A stretch of DNA of 64,000 nt from an uncultured Muribaculaceae bacterium (GTDB lineage Bacteria; Bacteroidota; Bacteroidia; Bacteroidales; Muribaculaceae), in contig CAJTRS010000004.1 in the NCBI GenBank assembly GCA_910578805.1, positions 16,708 through 80,707 of the forward strand, given 5' to 3'. Positions 10,125 through 19,660 of the stretch are shown piece by piece. Numbering within the stretch: position 1 is the stretch's first letter; each line of letters begins with the position of its first letter. The notes under the pieces were generated by a model. It ran no database searches. It was not told where the DNA came from and saw only the letters and a program-made list of their open reading frames with translations. The translations under genes were made by a program, and so were the position numbers.

Positions 10125-10709
10125 TTATTTTAGTATCAGTTTGGTCACGCAACTTATGAGGCTGTCGCGGAGCTGCGCAGGCTGTATCCCCACGTAGTCA
10201 AATGACTGGTGGGAATGGCAGTAATCGACCGAAAAATAAGTCATGGACAGAAGTCCTTGCACATCTTTGATTCTGTTGCCGTCAAACACTCCTGCGTCCA
10301 CTCCTTCGCGCAGCATTCGTGCAAAGAGTTCACGTTCTTTGACCACAGCCATGTTGTAGATTTTTTCCACTTTCTTGTGGTCGTGTCCTATCAGCATTCG
10401 GGGCTTGCCGCTGTTGGGTGTCGATTCGGCTATGATGTCAAACCGGATACCGAGATACTTTTTCAGTTTATCCTCCGGTGATAAAGAAGAATCATCGACC
10501 ACTGACTGCAGACGGCCTATGATTGCATTGCTCTGGCGCTCTATGACGGCGTCAAATATTTCACGTTTGTTTCGGAAATATGTGTAGATGGTACGCCTTC
10601 CTTTGTCGGAAGCCGCCGCGATATCATTCATGGTGGTGTTTTCCACCCCTTTGTAGGCGAATAGCTGACGTGCTACTTCTATGAGTTTGTCGCGAGTTTT
10701 ACTTACCAT
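10125..10709 (-). CDS. TetR/AcrR family transcriptional regulator
   Basis: N-terminal HTH ARQLFAYKGVENTTMNDIAAASDKGRRTIYTYF; upstream of fabG. Confidence 0.92.
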   Translation of the reverse strand: MVSKTRDKLIEVARQLFAYKGVENTTMNDIAAASDKGRRTIYTYFRNKREIFDAVIERQSNAIIGRLQSVVDDSSLSPEDKLKKYLGIRFDIIAESTPNSGKPRMLIGHDHKKVEKIYNMAVVKERELFARMLREGVDAGVFDGNRIKDVQGLLSMTYFSVDYCHSHQSFDYVGIQPAQLRDSLISCVTKLILK

Positions 10710-10755
10710 TTATCTTTCAATATGCTACGTACGGGTTACATACTATAACAGCGTG

Positions 10756-10763
10756 CAAATTTA
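10756..10763 (-). promoter_or_regulatory. -7 promoter element TAAATTTG (TetR-fabG)
   Basis: TAnnTTTG match about 47 nt upstream of the TetR ATG. Confidence 0.6.
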
Positions 10764-10861
10764 GCGAAAAATTTCTTTATTTTCTTAAATCGACTTAAAA
10801 TTTGCTCTGATTCATGTTGGTTATTAGTAATTTCGTGATGATTAAAAATAGGAAACTCCAT

Positions 10862-12196
10862 ATGCCAAGATATATACTTACAGTAATATTTTTTGCGGTT
10901 TCGCTGTTGTCTTACGGACAGTATTTCACACATATCGATGATATCAACGTTGATTCCGCCGGAATATATATAGAGGATATCGCCACCGGAGAGGTGATTC
11001 TCGATGTCAACGGTGAGAAGCCATTGATCCCGGCGAGTATCACCAAGGTAGTCACTGCGGCGACATTATTGAGCAATGTAAGTCCGCTTCATTCGTTTGT
11101 TACGGACGTTGTGGCTGTCGGCAATCTGACTGACGGATTGCTTGATGGCAATATTGTGGTACGGGCTGTGGGTGATCCCACTGTGGAATCGAGATTTTTC
11201 CCCGATAATCTCGGTTTTGCCGACTCGGTGGCTTCAAATATGACAAGGCTTGGCATAGAGAAGATAACAGGTGACATTTTGTTTGAATATCCCGAATGCC
11301 TTGAAAAGCCGTCTCCGCAGGGGTGGCTTGACGAGGATTTTGTATGGCCTTATGGCGCGGAATTCCATGCCGTGAACTATGCCGACAACCGTTTCCGTCT
11401 GTCAATGCCCGGTGCCGTGTGCTCGCCGCAGGTTCCCGGGATAAAAGTGAAAAGGGTGAAGGGAGCAAAAGCTCCGGTCTGTTTCAGGGAAAAAGGTTCC
11501 ATGACAGTGGAGCTGAACAGGAAGGCGGCGCGGCGCGGGTCTCGGGAACTTGCCAACCCCGTACCCGAATCAACGTTACGCGCTGTAATGACCGATATGC
11601 TTGCCGGCAGCGGTATTGAGATAGTCGGAAGCAAGGTCGTATTCCCAGACAAAGAGATCGCTATGCTTGTTTACAGTCATACCTCGCCAATGATATACGA
11701 CATAGTGCGCATAATGATGCAGCATAGTCACAATCTTATAGCTGAGGGTATGCTGCTGGCTTCATATCCGGGGTGTCAGCGCACGGAGGCTGTCAGGCAT
11801 GAGGTCGAGCGATGGAATGATTGCGGAATAGATGTGTCAGACATATCTATAGAGGACGGTAGCGGATTGTCGCGCAGTAACCGAATAACGCCTTATTTCA
11901 TGGCCGATGTCTTAGCGCAGATGCAGGAGTGTCCGTATTTCGGGCATTTTCTCGACTCGTTTCCGGTGTCGGGTGTGAGTGGAACGCTTAAGCGATTCAT
12001 GTGCGGAACGCCTTTGGAAGGGCGTCTTGCACTTAAAACAGGCAGTATGAACGGAGTGCAGTGTTATGCAGGATATATGCTCGATCAGTCCGGAGAACCG
12101 TCGCACATAGTGGTGGTCATGCTCAACGGATTCCGGGAGTCGAGGGGTGCTATAAAAAAATCGGTGGAGAAACTATTACTGGAAAAATTGTTGTAA
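10862..12196 (+). CDS. dacB: D-Ala-D-Ala carboxypeptidase/endopeptidase (PBP4, peptidase S13)
   Basis: SxxK in PASITK, SxN (SHN), KTG (LKTGS), GDPT and DGSGLSR. Start set at MPRY, which begins the signal peptide. Confidence 0.92.
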   Translation: MPRYILTVIFFAVSLLSYGQYFTHIDDINVDSAGIYIEDIATGEVILDVNGEKPLIPASITKVVTAATLLSNVSPLHSFVTDVVAVGNLTDGLLDGNIVVRAVGDPTVESRFFPDNLGFADSVASNMTRLGIEKITGDILFEYPECLEKPSPQGWLDEDFVWPYGAEFHAVNYADNRFRLSMPGAVCSPQVPGIKVKRVKGAKAPVCFREKGSMTVELNRKAARRGSRELANPVPESTLRAVMTDMLAGSGIEIVGSKVVFPDKEIAMLVYSHTSPMIYDIVRIMMQHSHNLIAEGMLLASYPGCQRTEAVRHEVERWNDCGIDVSDISIEDGSGLSRSNRITPYFMADVLAQMQECPYFGHFLDSFPVSGVSGTLKRFMCGTPLEGRLALKTGSMNGVQCYAGYMLDQSGEPSHIVVVMLNGFRESRGAIKKSVEKLLLEKLL

Positions 12197-12201
12197 CTTT
12201 G
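12194..12201 (+). promoter_or_regulatory. -7 promoter element TAACTTTG (hypothetical-rsmI)
   Basis: TAnnTTTG match overlapping the dacB stop codon. Confidence 0.5.
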
Positions 12202-12242
12202 TGATACTTATATTACGATCATACAATACATAAACATATCCT

Positions 12243-12794
12243 ATGGAATCCAGATCAGACTCTCTGCTTGACTTATGTTTGGAGATAGAAGGCCTAATAG
12301 CATTGGCCGAGTACAAAAAAACGCAGGTATCCGAATCGGTATATAATTTGCTTAGAAGCAAGACGGCTGCATTGCATGCTGCCGTTTGCGGCATGGGGAG
12401 TTGTTCCGATGCAGGTCATGCCGGAGAGCCGGAAGCAGATACCGACTCAGATGCTGTGGCCGAATCGGCAGAGCTTGAGGCGAGCGAAGATGCCTGTATG
12501 GGGTGCGGCGTGGTAGAGCCAGAGGAACATGGAAAGGAGAATTTCGCTGAAGAGTCCAGGGTAGTGCGCAACGATACCATGCCGGTGGAGTTTACCATCA
12601 ATGACAAATTCAGGTTCAGGCGTGAATTGTTCGGAAACAGTGATGCCGATATGAATGAAGCCTTGCAGATAATCTCCGGAATGAGCAGTCGCGAGGAGAT
12701 GGAGGATTATCTGTTTAACGATTTGTGCTGGGAAGCTGAGAATCCGGTTGCGAAGGAGTTTATGGATATAGCGTCGTCGCGGTTTAATGTGTGA
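12243..12794 (+). CDS. Conserved Bacteroidota hypothetical protein
   Basis: Acidic linker plus C-terminal FTINDKFRFRRELFG..W...NP..KEF...RF domain; directly upstream of rsmI. Confidence 0.75.
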   Translation: MESRSDSLLDLCLEIEGLIALAEYKKTQVSESVYNLLRSKTAALHAAVCGMGSCSDAGHAGEPEADTDSDAVAESAELEASEDACMGCGVVEPEEHGKENFAEESRVVRNDTMPVEFTINDKFRFRRELFGNSDADMNEALQIISGMSSREEMEDYLFNDLCWEAENPVAKEFMDIASSRFNV

Positions 12795-12803
12795 TTTGAC
12801 AAA

Positions 12804-13526
12804 ATGAGCGGTAAATTGTACATGGTGCCCACTCCGGTGGGCAATCTGTCGGATATGTCGCCACGGGCGGTGGAAGTGCTCAAGTCGTGCAGTCTGATAC
12901 TTGCCGAGGATACCCGTACGAGTGGTGTGTTGCTTAAACATTTTGATATAGCCACTCCGCTTTCGAGCCATCATAAATTCAACGAACACTCCACTCTGCA
13001 ACCTGTCATATCCCGGATAGAAGCCGGGGAGAACATAGCTCTTATTAGTGATGCCGGCACTCCGGGCATAAGCGACCCCGGGTTTCTGTTGTCGCGCGAA
13101 TGCCGTCGCAATGGGATTGATGTGTGTACTCTCCCCGGTCCCACGGCCTTTGTTCCAGCTTTGGTCAATTCCGGCTTGCCTTGTGACCGTTTCTGTTTCG
13201 AGGGATTTCTGCCCGTGAAGAAGGGGCGTATGACACGTCTTGCCGAGATAGCGCGCGAGCCGCGCACGACTGTGATCTATGAGTCGCCTGTGCGTCTGGT
13301 CAAGACTCTACAGCAACTGGCTGAGGTGTGTGGTGCCGAGAGGGAGGCTTCCGTGTCACGTGAGATATCCAAGCTTCACGAATCCACGGTGAAAGATTCG
13401 CTTTCTGGCCTGATTGAACATTTTACAGCCTGTCCGCCCAAAGGTGAGATAGTGATCATTCTTGCAGGTGATTCTGCCACATCAGTTAGGGCTGTTCATA
13501 AGAATAAATACCGTCAAGAGGAATAA
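12804..13526 (+). CDS. rsmI: 16S rRNA (C1402-2'-O)-methyltransferase
   Basis: LYMVPTPVGNL.D, AEDTR, SDAGTPGISDPG, YESP.R and REISKLHE. Confidence 0.95.
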   Translation: MSGKLYMVPTPVGNLSDMSPRAVEVLKSCSLILAEDTRTSGVLLKHFDIATPLSSHHKFNEHSTLQPVISRIEAGENIALISDAGTPGISDPGFLLSRECRRNGIDVCTLPGPTAFVPALVNSGLPCDRFCFEGFLPVKKGRMTRLAEIAREPRTTVIYESPVRLVKTLQQLAEVCGAEREASVSREISKLHESTVKDSLSGLIEHFTACPPKGEIVIILAGDSATSVRAVHKNKYRQEE

Positions 13527-13542
13527 TGCCAAAAAAAATCAG

Positions 13543-13550
13543 TAAATTTG
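13543..13550 (+). promoter_or_regulatory. -7 promoter element TAAATTTG (ftsY-rimO)
   Basis: TAnnTTTG match about 30 nt upstream of ftsY. Confidence 0.6.
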
Positions 13551-13578
13551 CAAGCTAAATATAAAAAAGATTTTACCG

Positions 13579-14520
13579 ATGGGCATATTCAAATTCTTTT
13601 CAAAAGAAAAAAAAGCCACTTTAGATAAAGGTCTCGAACGTACGAAGACAGGCGTCTTTGAGAAAATCGCACGCGCTTTGGCCGGGAAGAAGACCATTGA
13701 CGATGATTTTTTGGATAATCTCGAAGAGATATTCATTACGTCAGATGTCGGGGTCGATACGACCCTTAAGATCATAGAACGGCTTCAGAATCGTGCCGCA
13801 CGCGATAAATATGTCAATACTTCGGAGTTAAACCGTTGGCTCTGTGAGGAGATAACCGATCTTTTGGCTGAAAACAACAGCGAGGCTGAAATAGAGGACT
13901 TCACCGTGCCGTCAGACCATAAGCCACATGTGATAATGGTTGTGGGTGTAAACGGTGTCGGAAAAACCACCACCATAGGCAAACTTGCGGCTCAGTTTAA
14001 AAAAGCCGGCAATAAAGTGATGCTCGGAGCTGCCGATACATTCCGTGCTGCCGCTGTGGAACAACTTGACATATGGGGTGAGCGTGCGGGAGTGCCGGTG
14101 ATCAAGCAGCAGCTTGGCTCTGATCCGGCATCGGTGGCATATGACACATTGCAGAGTGCCAAGGCCAATGATGTCGATGTGGTGATTATCGATACGGCTG
14201 GCCGTCTTCATAACAAGAAAGGCCTGATGGACGAACTGTCGAAGATAAAGAAGGTGATGCAGAAGATAGTGCCCGATGCACCTCATGACGGCAGCACCGG
14301 ACAGAATGCTTTTGAGCAAGCCCGTCAGTTCGTGGCCGCAACACAGGTCAATGAACTTGCCATAACCAAACTCGACGGTACGGCAAAAGGCGGTGTTGTA
14401 ATAGGTATAAGCGATCAGTTCAAGATTCCGGTAAAATATATAGGATTGGGAGAAGGAATCGATGATCTCCAGGTGTTCCATAAGAAAGAATTTGTAGAAT
14501 CCCTTTTTGGAAATAGATAA
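13579..14520 (+). CDS. ftsY: SRP receptor FtsY (apparent 6-aa internal deletion, see findings)
   Basis: GVNGVGKTTTIGKLA, DTFRAAA, DTAGR, TKLDGTAKGG and GLGEGIDDL. Confidence 0.95.
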   Translation: MGIFKFFSKEKKATLDKGLERTKTGVFEKIARALAGKKTIDDDFLDNLEEIFITSDVGVDTTLKIIERLQNRAARDKYVNTSELNRWLCEEITDLLAENNSEAEIEDFTVPSDHKPHVIMVVGVNGVGKTTTIGKLAAQFKKAGNKVMLGAADTFRAAAVEQLDIWGERAGVPVIKQQLGSDPASVAYDTLQSAKANDVDVVIIDTAGRLHNKKGLMDELSKIKKVMQKIVPDAPHDGSTGQNAFEQARQFVAATQVNELAITKLDGTAKGGVVIGISDQFKIPVKYIGLGEGIDDLQVFHKKEFVESLFGNR

Positions 14521-15821
14521 TGACCCGTAAGAAAGTCAATGTCATATCGCTCGGTTGTTCTAAAAATCTTGTGGATTCCGAGCGACTGATGAAAATGCTT
14601 CTTGACGGCGGTATGGAGGTGGTGCATGAAGCATCGTCGGTGTCGTCCGGTGATATAGTCGTTATAAATACATGTGGATTTATAGGCGATGCCAAAGAGG
14701 AGTCGGTGAATACTATATTACAGTGGGTCGATGCCAAGGAGCACGGACTGATAGGTGCGGTGTATGTCATGGGGTGCCTTTCGGAGCGTTATTCCGAAGA
14801 ACTTCCGGCTGAGATTACCGATGTTGACGGTTGGTATGGCAAGACCGACTGGACCGGTTTGGTGACACATCTTGTTTCGAAATATCCGGCTACGGCTTCT
14901 TACGACAGGGTGATTACCACACCTCGCCATCATGCTTATCTTAAGATAGCGGAAGGTTGTAACCGTTTCTGTTCATTTTGTGCTATTCCGCTGATTACAG
15001 GCCGTTATAAATCTCGTCCTATAGAGGAAATTGTGGAAGAGGTGAATTTGCTTGTGAGCCGTGGTGTAAAAGAATTCAATGTCATAGCTCAGGACCTTAC
15101 AAATTACGGCGTTGATATTTATGGACGGCATCGTATAGCCGATCTTGTCGATGCTGTGGCTAAAGTGCCCGGTGTGGAATGGATCAGGCTTCACTATGCT
15201 TATCCTGCCGGTTTTCCCGAGGATTTGCTTGATGTCATGGCCCGCAATGCCAATGTGTGTAAGTATCTTGACATCGCTTTGCAGCATGTATCGGATAAGG
15301 TGCTGGATAATATGCGCCGTCATATCACCGGCGACGAGACCCGAAAATTGCTTCGGTTGATCAGGGAAAAAGTGCCGGGAATACACATACGCACAACTCT
15401 CATGGTGGGATTTCCCGGTGAGGGCGAAGATGAGTTTGCACAGTTGCTTGATTTTGTCAAGGAGCAGCGGTTTGAGCGCATGGGCGCCTTTGCATATTGT
15501 GAGGAGGAGGATACCTATGGGGCAAATAAATTTGCCGACGACATTCCCGAGGAAGTGAAGCAGGCACGTCTTGACCGTCTGATGAAACTGCAGGAAGATA
15601 TATCTCTGTCACATCAGGAATCCAAGATCGGTTCGGTAATGAAAATTATCATCGACAGAGAGGATTCGGACTGGTATATAGGACGTACTGAATTTGATTC
15701 GCCCGAAGTGGACCCCGAAGTGCTTGTAAAGAAAACTTGCAAGTTGAAACGAGGTGATTTCTATAATGTAAAGATATTGGAGGCATACCCTTATGAGCTG
15801 GTTGCCGAGCCGGTTGATTGA
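14520..15821 (+). CDS. rimO: Ribosomal protein S12 methylthiotransferase
   Basis: SLGCSKNLVDSE, NTCGFI, radical-SAM EGCNRFCSFC and TRAM-domain DSPEVD. Confidence 0.95.
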   Translation: MTRKKVNVISLGCSKNLVDSERLMKMLLDGGMEVVHEASSVSSGDIVVINTCGFIGDAKEESVNTILQWVDAKEHGLIGAVYVMGCLSERYSEELPAEITDVDGWYGKTDWTGLVTHLVSKYPATASYDRVITTPRHHAYLKIAEGCNRFCSFCAIPLITGRYKSRPIEEIVEEVNLLVSRGVKEFNVIAQDLTNYGVDIYGRHRIADLVDAVAKVPGVEWIRLHYAYPAGFPEDLLDVMARNANVCKYLDIALQHVSDKVLDNMRRHITGDETRKLLRLIREKVPGIHIRTTLMVGFPGEGEDEFAQLLDFVKEQRFERMGAFAYCEEEDTYGANKFADDIPEEVKQARLDRLMKLQEDISLSHQESKIGSVMKIIIDREDSDWYIGRTEFDSPEVDPEVLVKKTCKLKRGDFYNVKILEAYPYELVAEPVD

Positions 15822-15826
15822 CAGAG

Positions 15827-16903
15827 ATGAAATTTTCTGAAATTTATTCCGTGATAGAAGAGTGTGTCAGACATAAAGTGGCTTTTGCCGCTTATGCGCT
15901 CCCACATTCCGATGATTATTGTTTTTTTGAGGATACATCTCCTCAGGCCGGTACGAAGGCAGACTTGAATTCTTTTTCAGGATTTGCCGCCGGATTTTTC
16001 GGTAAAGATCAGCCACTTTATTCTGTCGGAAATTTTCGGGAAGAAGGGACTGAACTTTGCTTTGAAAAATATAACAGCAAGGAGACTGCCAATACAGTGT
16101 CGCCTACTACCGACCATGACCTGTATGTGGCAAAATTATGCAGTCTGATAGCCGGATTCGGTTCTTTGGAGGAAAAGGCCGTGGTGTCGCGGGTGCTTAA
16201 TGTCGAATCACGTAAATCGCCTGTCTGTGTGGCTTGGGATTACTTTCGCGATCAAAAATCATGCTTCCGTCATATATATTATATGCCTGTTACCGGACTT
16301 TGGTTTGGTGCGACGCCCGAGTTGCTGATAGAATACCGCAAGTCGGCAGGAGAATTCCGCACGATGTCACTCGCCGGCACTCGGCTGTGTGGTGGGCAGT
16401 CTCCATGGGACGATAAAAACATTCATGAACATAATCTTGTCACCCGTCATATAGTCGATGTGTTCGGCGATATGGGTTTGGACCCCGTGGTGGGCGAAGC
16501 AACCGCTGTAAAGTTCGGCCGGGTGGAACATCTTTGTCATGAGATAACCGGACGCGGAGTTGCGGATATGAATGATCTGTACAGTCGTCTTAATCCTACC
16601 CCGGCAGTATGCGGATATCCTCATGAATTGGCGTTGGAGCGTATAGCTCAGGCAGAGACACATGAACGCCGTTGTTATGGCGGCGCTATTGCAGTGGCAT
16701 CGGACGATGTTATAAAATTGTTTGTGAATCTCAGATGCGCTTCCGTGTCGGAATTGCCTGATGGTTCATACAGCTATGGACTTTATGCCGGCGGCGGTAT
16801 AAATGCCATGTCTGATCCTGAAGATGAATGGCGGGAAGCCGGATTGAAAATGCAGCCGCTTTATGAAGCCGTCACAGGCTCACGCATGACGGTCGATGTT
16901 TAA
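15827..16903 (+). CDS. menF: Isochorismate synthase (chorismate-binding domain)
   Basis: GATPELL, SLAGT, EH, LNPTPAVCGYP, FVNLRC and YAGGGI..S.PEDEW.E; men genes nearby. Start uncertain (15818 TTG or 15827 ATG). Confidence 0.82.
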   Translation: MKFSEIYSVIEECVRHKVAFAAYALPHSDDYCFFEDTSPQAGTKADLNSFSGFAAGFFGKDQPLYSVGNFREEGTELCFEKYNSKETANTVSPTTDHDLYVAKLCSLIAGFGSLEEKAVVSRVLNVESRKSPVCVAWDYFRDQKSCFRHIYYMPVTGLWFGATPELLIEYRKSAGEFRTMSLAGTRLCGGQSPWDDKNIHEHNLVTRHIVDVFGDMGLDPVVGEATAVKFGRVEHLCHEITGRGVADMNDLYSRLNPTPAVCGYPHELALERIAQAETHERRCYGGAIAVASDDVIKLFVNLRCASVSELPDGSYSYGLYAGGGINAMSDPEDEWREAGLKMQPLYEAVTGSRMTVDV

Positions 16904-16938
16904 ACATAAGTTTTTTAATTGTAGGAAATATTTAGCAG

Positions 16939-18336
16939 ATGTCAGATAAGTCGCATAAACACAGTGGTTGGAGGTTGGTAGCCATAATATTTATAGTAAT
17001 AGGTATTCTGGTGGGAGTGTCATATCTTCCGCTCGATAGATGGACCGGTGGCAAGATTAAAGATATAAATCTGTTTGGCGATATCCTTCGCGGCGGCGGT
17101 ACGGCTAATGACTCAATCGGCAGCCGGCTTGACAGCGAAGGTATAGATGCAGAACTTATAGAGGCGATGGCGTCGGCTGATAAAAGAGCCGTTGACACTA
17201 CCGGCATGGCTTACGACAACACTCCGCTAATAGCCGTCCAACCGTCGAAAGAGGACGGGAAAGTGATAATAGAAGACTATACAGAGTCTGGCGATGGGTT
17301 GTTGTCATTGCGCCGTGCGCTTGATAAAGGTGGCTTGTCACGTATAGCTGTGATAGGCGACAGCTACATCGAAGGAGATATATTCACACAGAATCTTCGC
17401 GAAAAACTGCAAAGTGACTATGGCGGCGCGGGTGTGGGATATATGAACATGCACTCGGAGTTTCCGGGCTTCCGCAAGAGCGTGAAGCAGGGGGGCAACG
17501 GGTGGAAAGAGTTTAGTGCCAATAAGAAATGTAACGGTGATTATATTGGCCTGTCGCAGCATTATTTCATGCCTTCCGGCACCGCAGTGTCGTCGTACAA
17601 AGGTTCTAAATCCCTGCAACATGTGGATAAGTGGTCGAAATCGAGTTTTTTGTTTATCTCACCTTCTGATGCCGTGGTCAGGACACGCACATCGGGCGAC
17701 TGGGTAGAGCATCGTGTGTCAGGATCACCTCAGGTTCAGGCAATAGGTGTTGATGAGGTTACGGATAATTTCGAGGTGTCGTCATCGTCGGGATCATTGG
17801 TGGGATTAGGCGTATGGCTTACCGATTCGACCGGTGTGAGTGTAGATTGTATGTCTTCGCGAGGTTTTTCCGGTCTGACATTGACAAAGGTCAATGAGGC
17901 TTTGAGCCGCGATATGTCACACTATGTCAATTATGATCTTATAATATTGGAGTTCGGTATCAATGCCATGAGTCCCAATCAGAAGAATTTTAGTGTATAT
18001 AGTTCCAAAATGGTCGATGTGGTCAATCATGTGCGCAAATGCTATCCCAATGCCGACATTTTGCTTATGGGTATCGGTGACAGGGGTGAGAAGCGTGGAG
18101 GCGAGGTGCATTCTATCAGCTCGGCACCATATATGATAGAAGCCCAGCGAGAGGCGGCCCGAAAGGCCAAGTGTCTGTTCTGGGACACCCGAGAGGCCAT
18201 GGGTGGTGATGACGCTATAGTGGAATGGACGCGCGGCGGTTACACCAACAAGGATTATATACATCTGTCACATAAGGGCGGAGAGAGATTGGCAGCGTTA
18301 CTTTACGATGCCATAAAACATAATCTGGATAAATGA
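16939..18336 (+). CDS. SGNH/GDSL hydrolase-family protein, membrane anchored (PatB-like)
   Basis: N-terminal TM, GDSY nucleophile, FGIN and DYIH. Confidence 0.85.
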   Translation: MSDKSHKHSGWRLVAIIFIVIGILVGVSYLPLDRWTGGKIKDINLFGDILRGGGTANDSIGSRLDSEGIDAELIEAMASADKRAVDTTGMAYDNTPLIAVQPSKEDGKVIIEDYTESGDGLLSLRRALDKGGLSRIAVIGDSYIEGDIFTQNLREKLQSDYGGAGVGYMNMHSEFPGFRKSVKQGGNGWKEFSANKKCNGDYIGLSQHYFMPSGTAVSSYKGSKSLQHVDKWSKSSFLFISPSDAVVRTRTSGDWVEHRVSGSPQVQAIGVDEVTDNFEVSSSSGSLVGLGVWLTDSTGVSVDCMSSRGFSGLTLTKVNEALSRDMSHYVNYDLIILEFGINAMSPNQKNFSVYSSKMVDVVNHVRKCYPNADILLMGIGDRGEKRGGEVHSISSAPYMIEAQREAARKAKCLFWDTREAMGGDDAIVEWTRGGYTNKDYIHLSHKGGERLAALLYDAIKHNLDK

Positions 18337-19652
18337 AAAAATATACATACATATTAAGCCTTTTAACGGCATTCATGTGTACGGTGACGGTCGCATCGCA
18401 GACAAACGCCGACGGTTTCGACTATGAGAATGAGCGCTCTTTGCGGGAAAATCCTGTAATAGAGGGCACTGATGACGAGATCGACATAATGGTACCGTCA
18501 TATATCAATTCAGATGCCAACAGGATTATAATGAACAATGCCGACTGGAGCGGTATCCGGCAGAGATTGCGCGATGCTGACCGTACGCCGTTTTCCATAG
18601 TGCACATTGGTGACAGTCACATACAGGCTGATATCGCTACAGGACAGACACGCGAGTTCCTGCAATATGATCTGGGTAATGCCGGCCGCGGTCTTGTCAT
18701 ACCGTTTAAGATGAGTGGTACCAATGAACCTTGCGATTATTCGATAACGAGCCGTAAGCCCTGGAGTTCGGTGAAACTGATGGGACAGAATTGGAAGCGA
18801 ACGATGGGTTTTACTGGTGCATCTGTTTCGCCCGGAACCGCTATGTCGGAAATCACGGTCTCCACCGACGACAAAGATGACTATAATCCCTTTTCAGCTC
18901 TTACAATCTTTCATAAGGGACAGTTTTTTGTGACCGGTGTGACTGATGCCCGTGGAACGTTGTTGCCGTTTACAGCTACTCCGTCGGAGGACTATACCCA
19001 CATAGAGCTGGTCAATGATGTGACCTCCGTAAATGTCTTGTTTGAATCTGCTGGCGATCTCACTCTGTTCGGTGTGAATCTCTCCGGTAACCGTCCTGGA
19101 GTGTTTTATCACACCATAGGGAATAACGGCGCCACTTATGAGACGTATAATCGCATAGGCAATGTGGGAGAGGGCATTATGCCGCTGAATCCGTCACTCG
19201 TCATAATATCGCTTGGAGCCAATGAGGCTTTCGGACGCTTTAACGAATTCTTGTTCGAGAAAAGTATGGACAAGCTTGTGACAAATATCCGCAAGGCTAA
19301 TCCCGGAGCGGAGATTCTGCTTGTCACACCTGCTGAATGCCAGCGTATAAAATACACTACGGTTTCCTCCCGACGTAAAAAGGGCAGAAAGCGTAGAGCG
19401 ACACGCCGTGCCGGAAGTTATGCTGTCAATGCCAATATTTTGCCAATCCGTAATGCCATTTTGAATTATGGCAAGGAGCATGATATAGCCGTATATGATT
19501 GGTATGATGTGGCCGGTGGTGCCGGCTCGTCGTCGAAGTGGACAAGCGACGGATTGCTCGGCAAGGATAGGGTACATCTGACATACAAAGGCTATCACCT
19601 GCAGGGTTATCTGATTTATCAGGTTATTAAGGACACATTGTATAATAACTGA
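18333..19652 (+). CDS. SGNH/GDSL esterase or acetyltransferase (PatB/Ape-like)
   Basis: Signal peptide, HIGDSH, GNNGA, LGANE and DRVH. Confidence 0.85.
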   Translation: MKKYTYILSLLTAFMCTVTVASQTNADGFDYENERSLRENPVIEGTDDEIDIMVPSYINSDANRIIMNNADWSGIRQRLRDADRTPFSIVHIGDSHIQADIATGQTREFLQYDLGNAGRGLVIPFKMSGTNEPCDYSITSRKPWSSVKLMGQNWKRTMGFTGASVSPGTAMSEITVSTDDKDDYNPFSALTIFHKGQFFVTGVTDARGTLLPFTATPSEDYTHIELVNDVTSVNVLFESAGDLTLFGVNLSGNRPGVFYHTIGNNGATYETYNRIGNVGEGIMPLNPSLVIISLGANEAFGRFNEFLFEKSMDKLVTNIRKANPGAEILLVTPAECQRIKYTTVSSRRKKGRKRRATRRAGSYAVNANILPIRNAILNYGKEHDIAVYDWYDVAGGAGSSSKWTSDGLLGKDRVHLTYKGYHLQGYLIYQVIKDTLYNN

Positions 19653-19660
19653 ATCAATAT

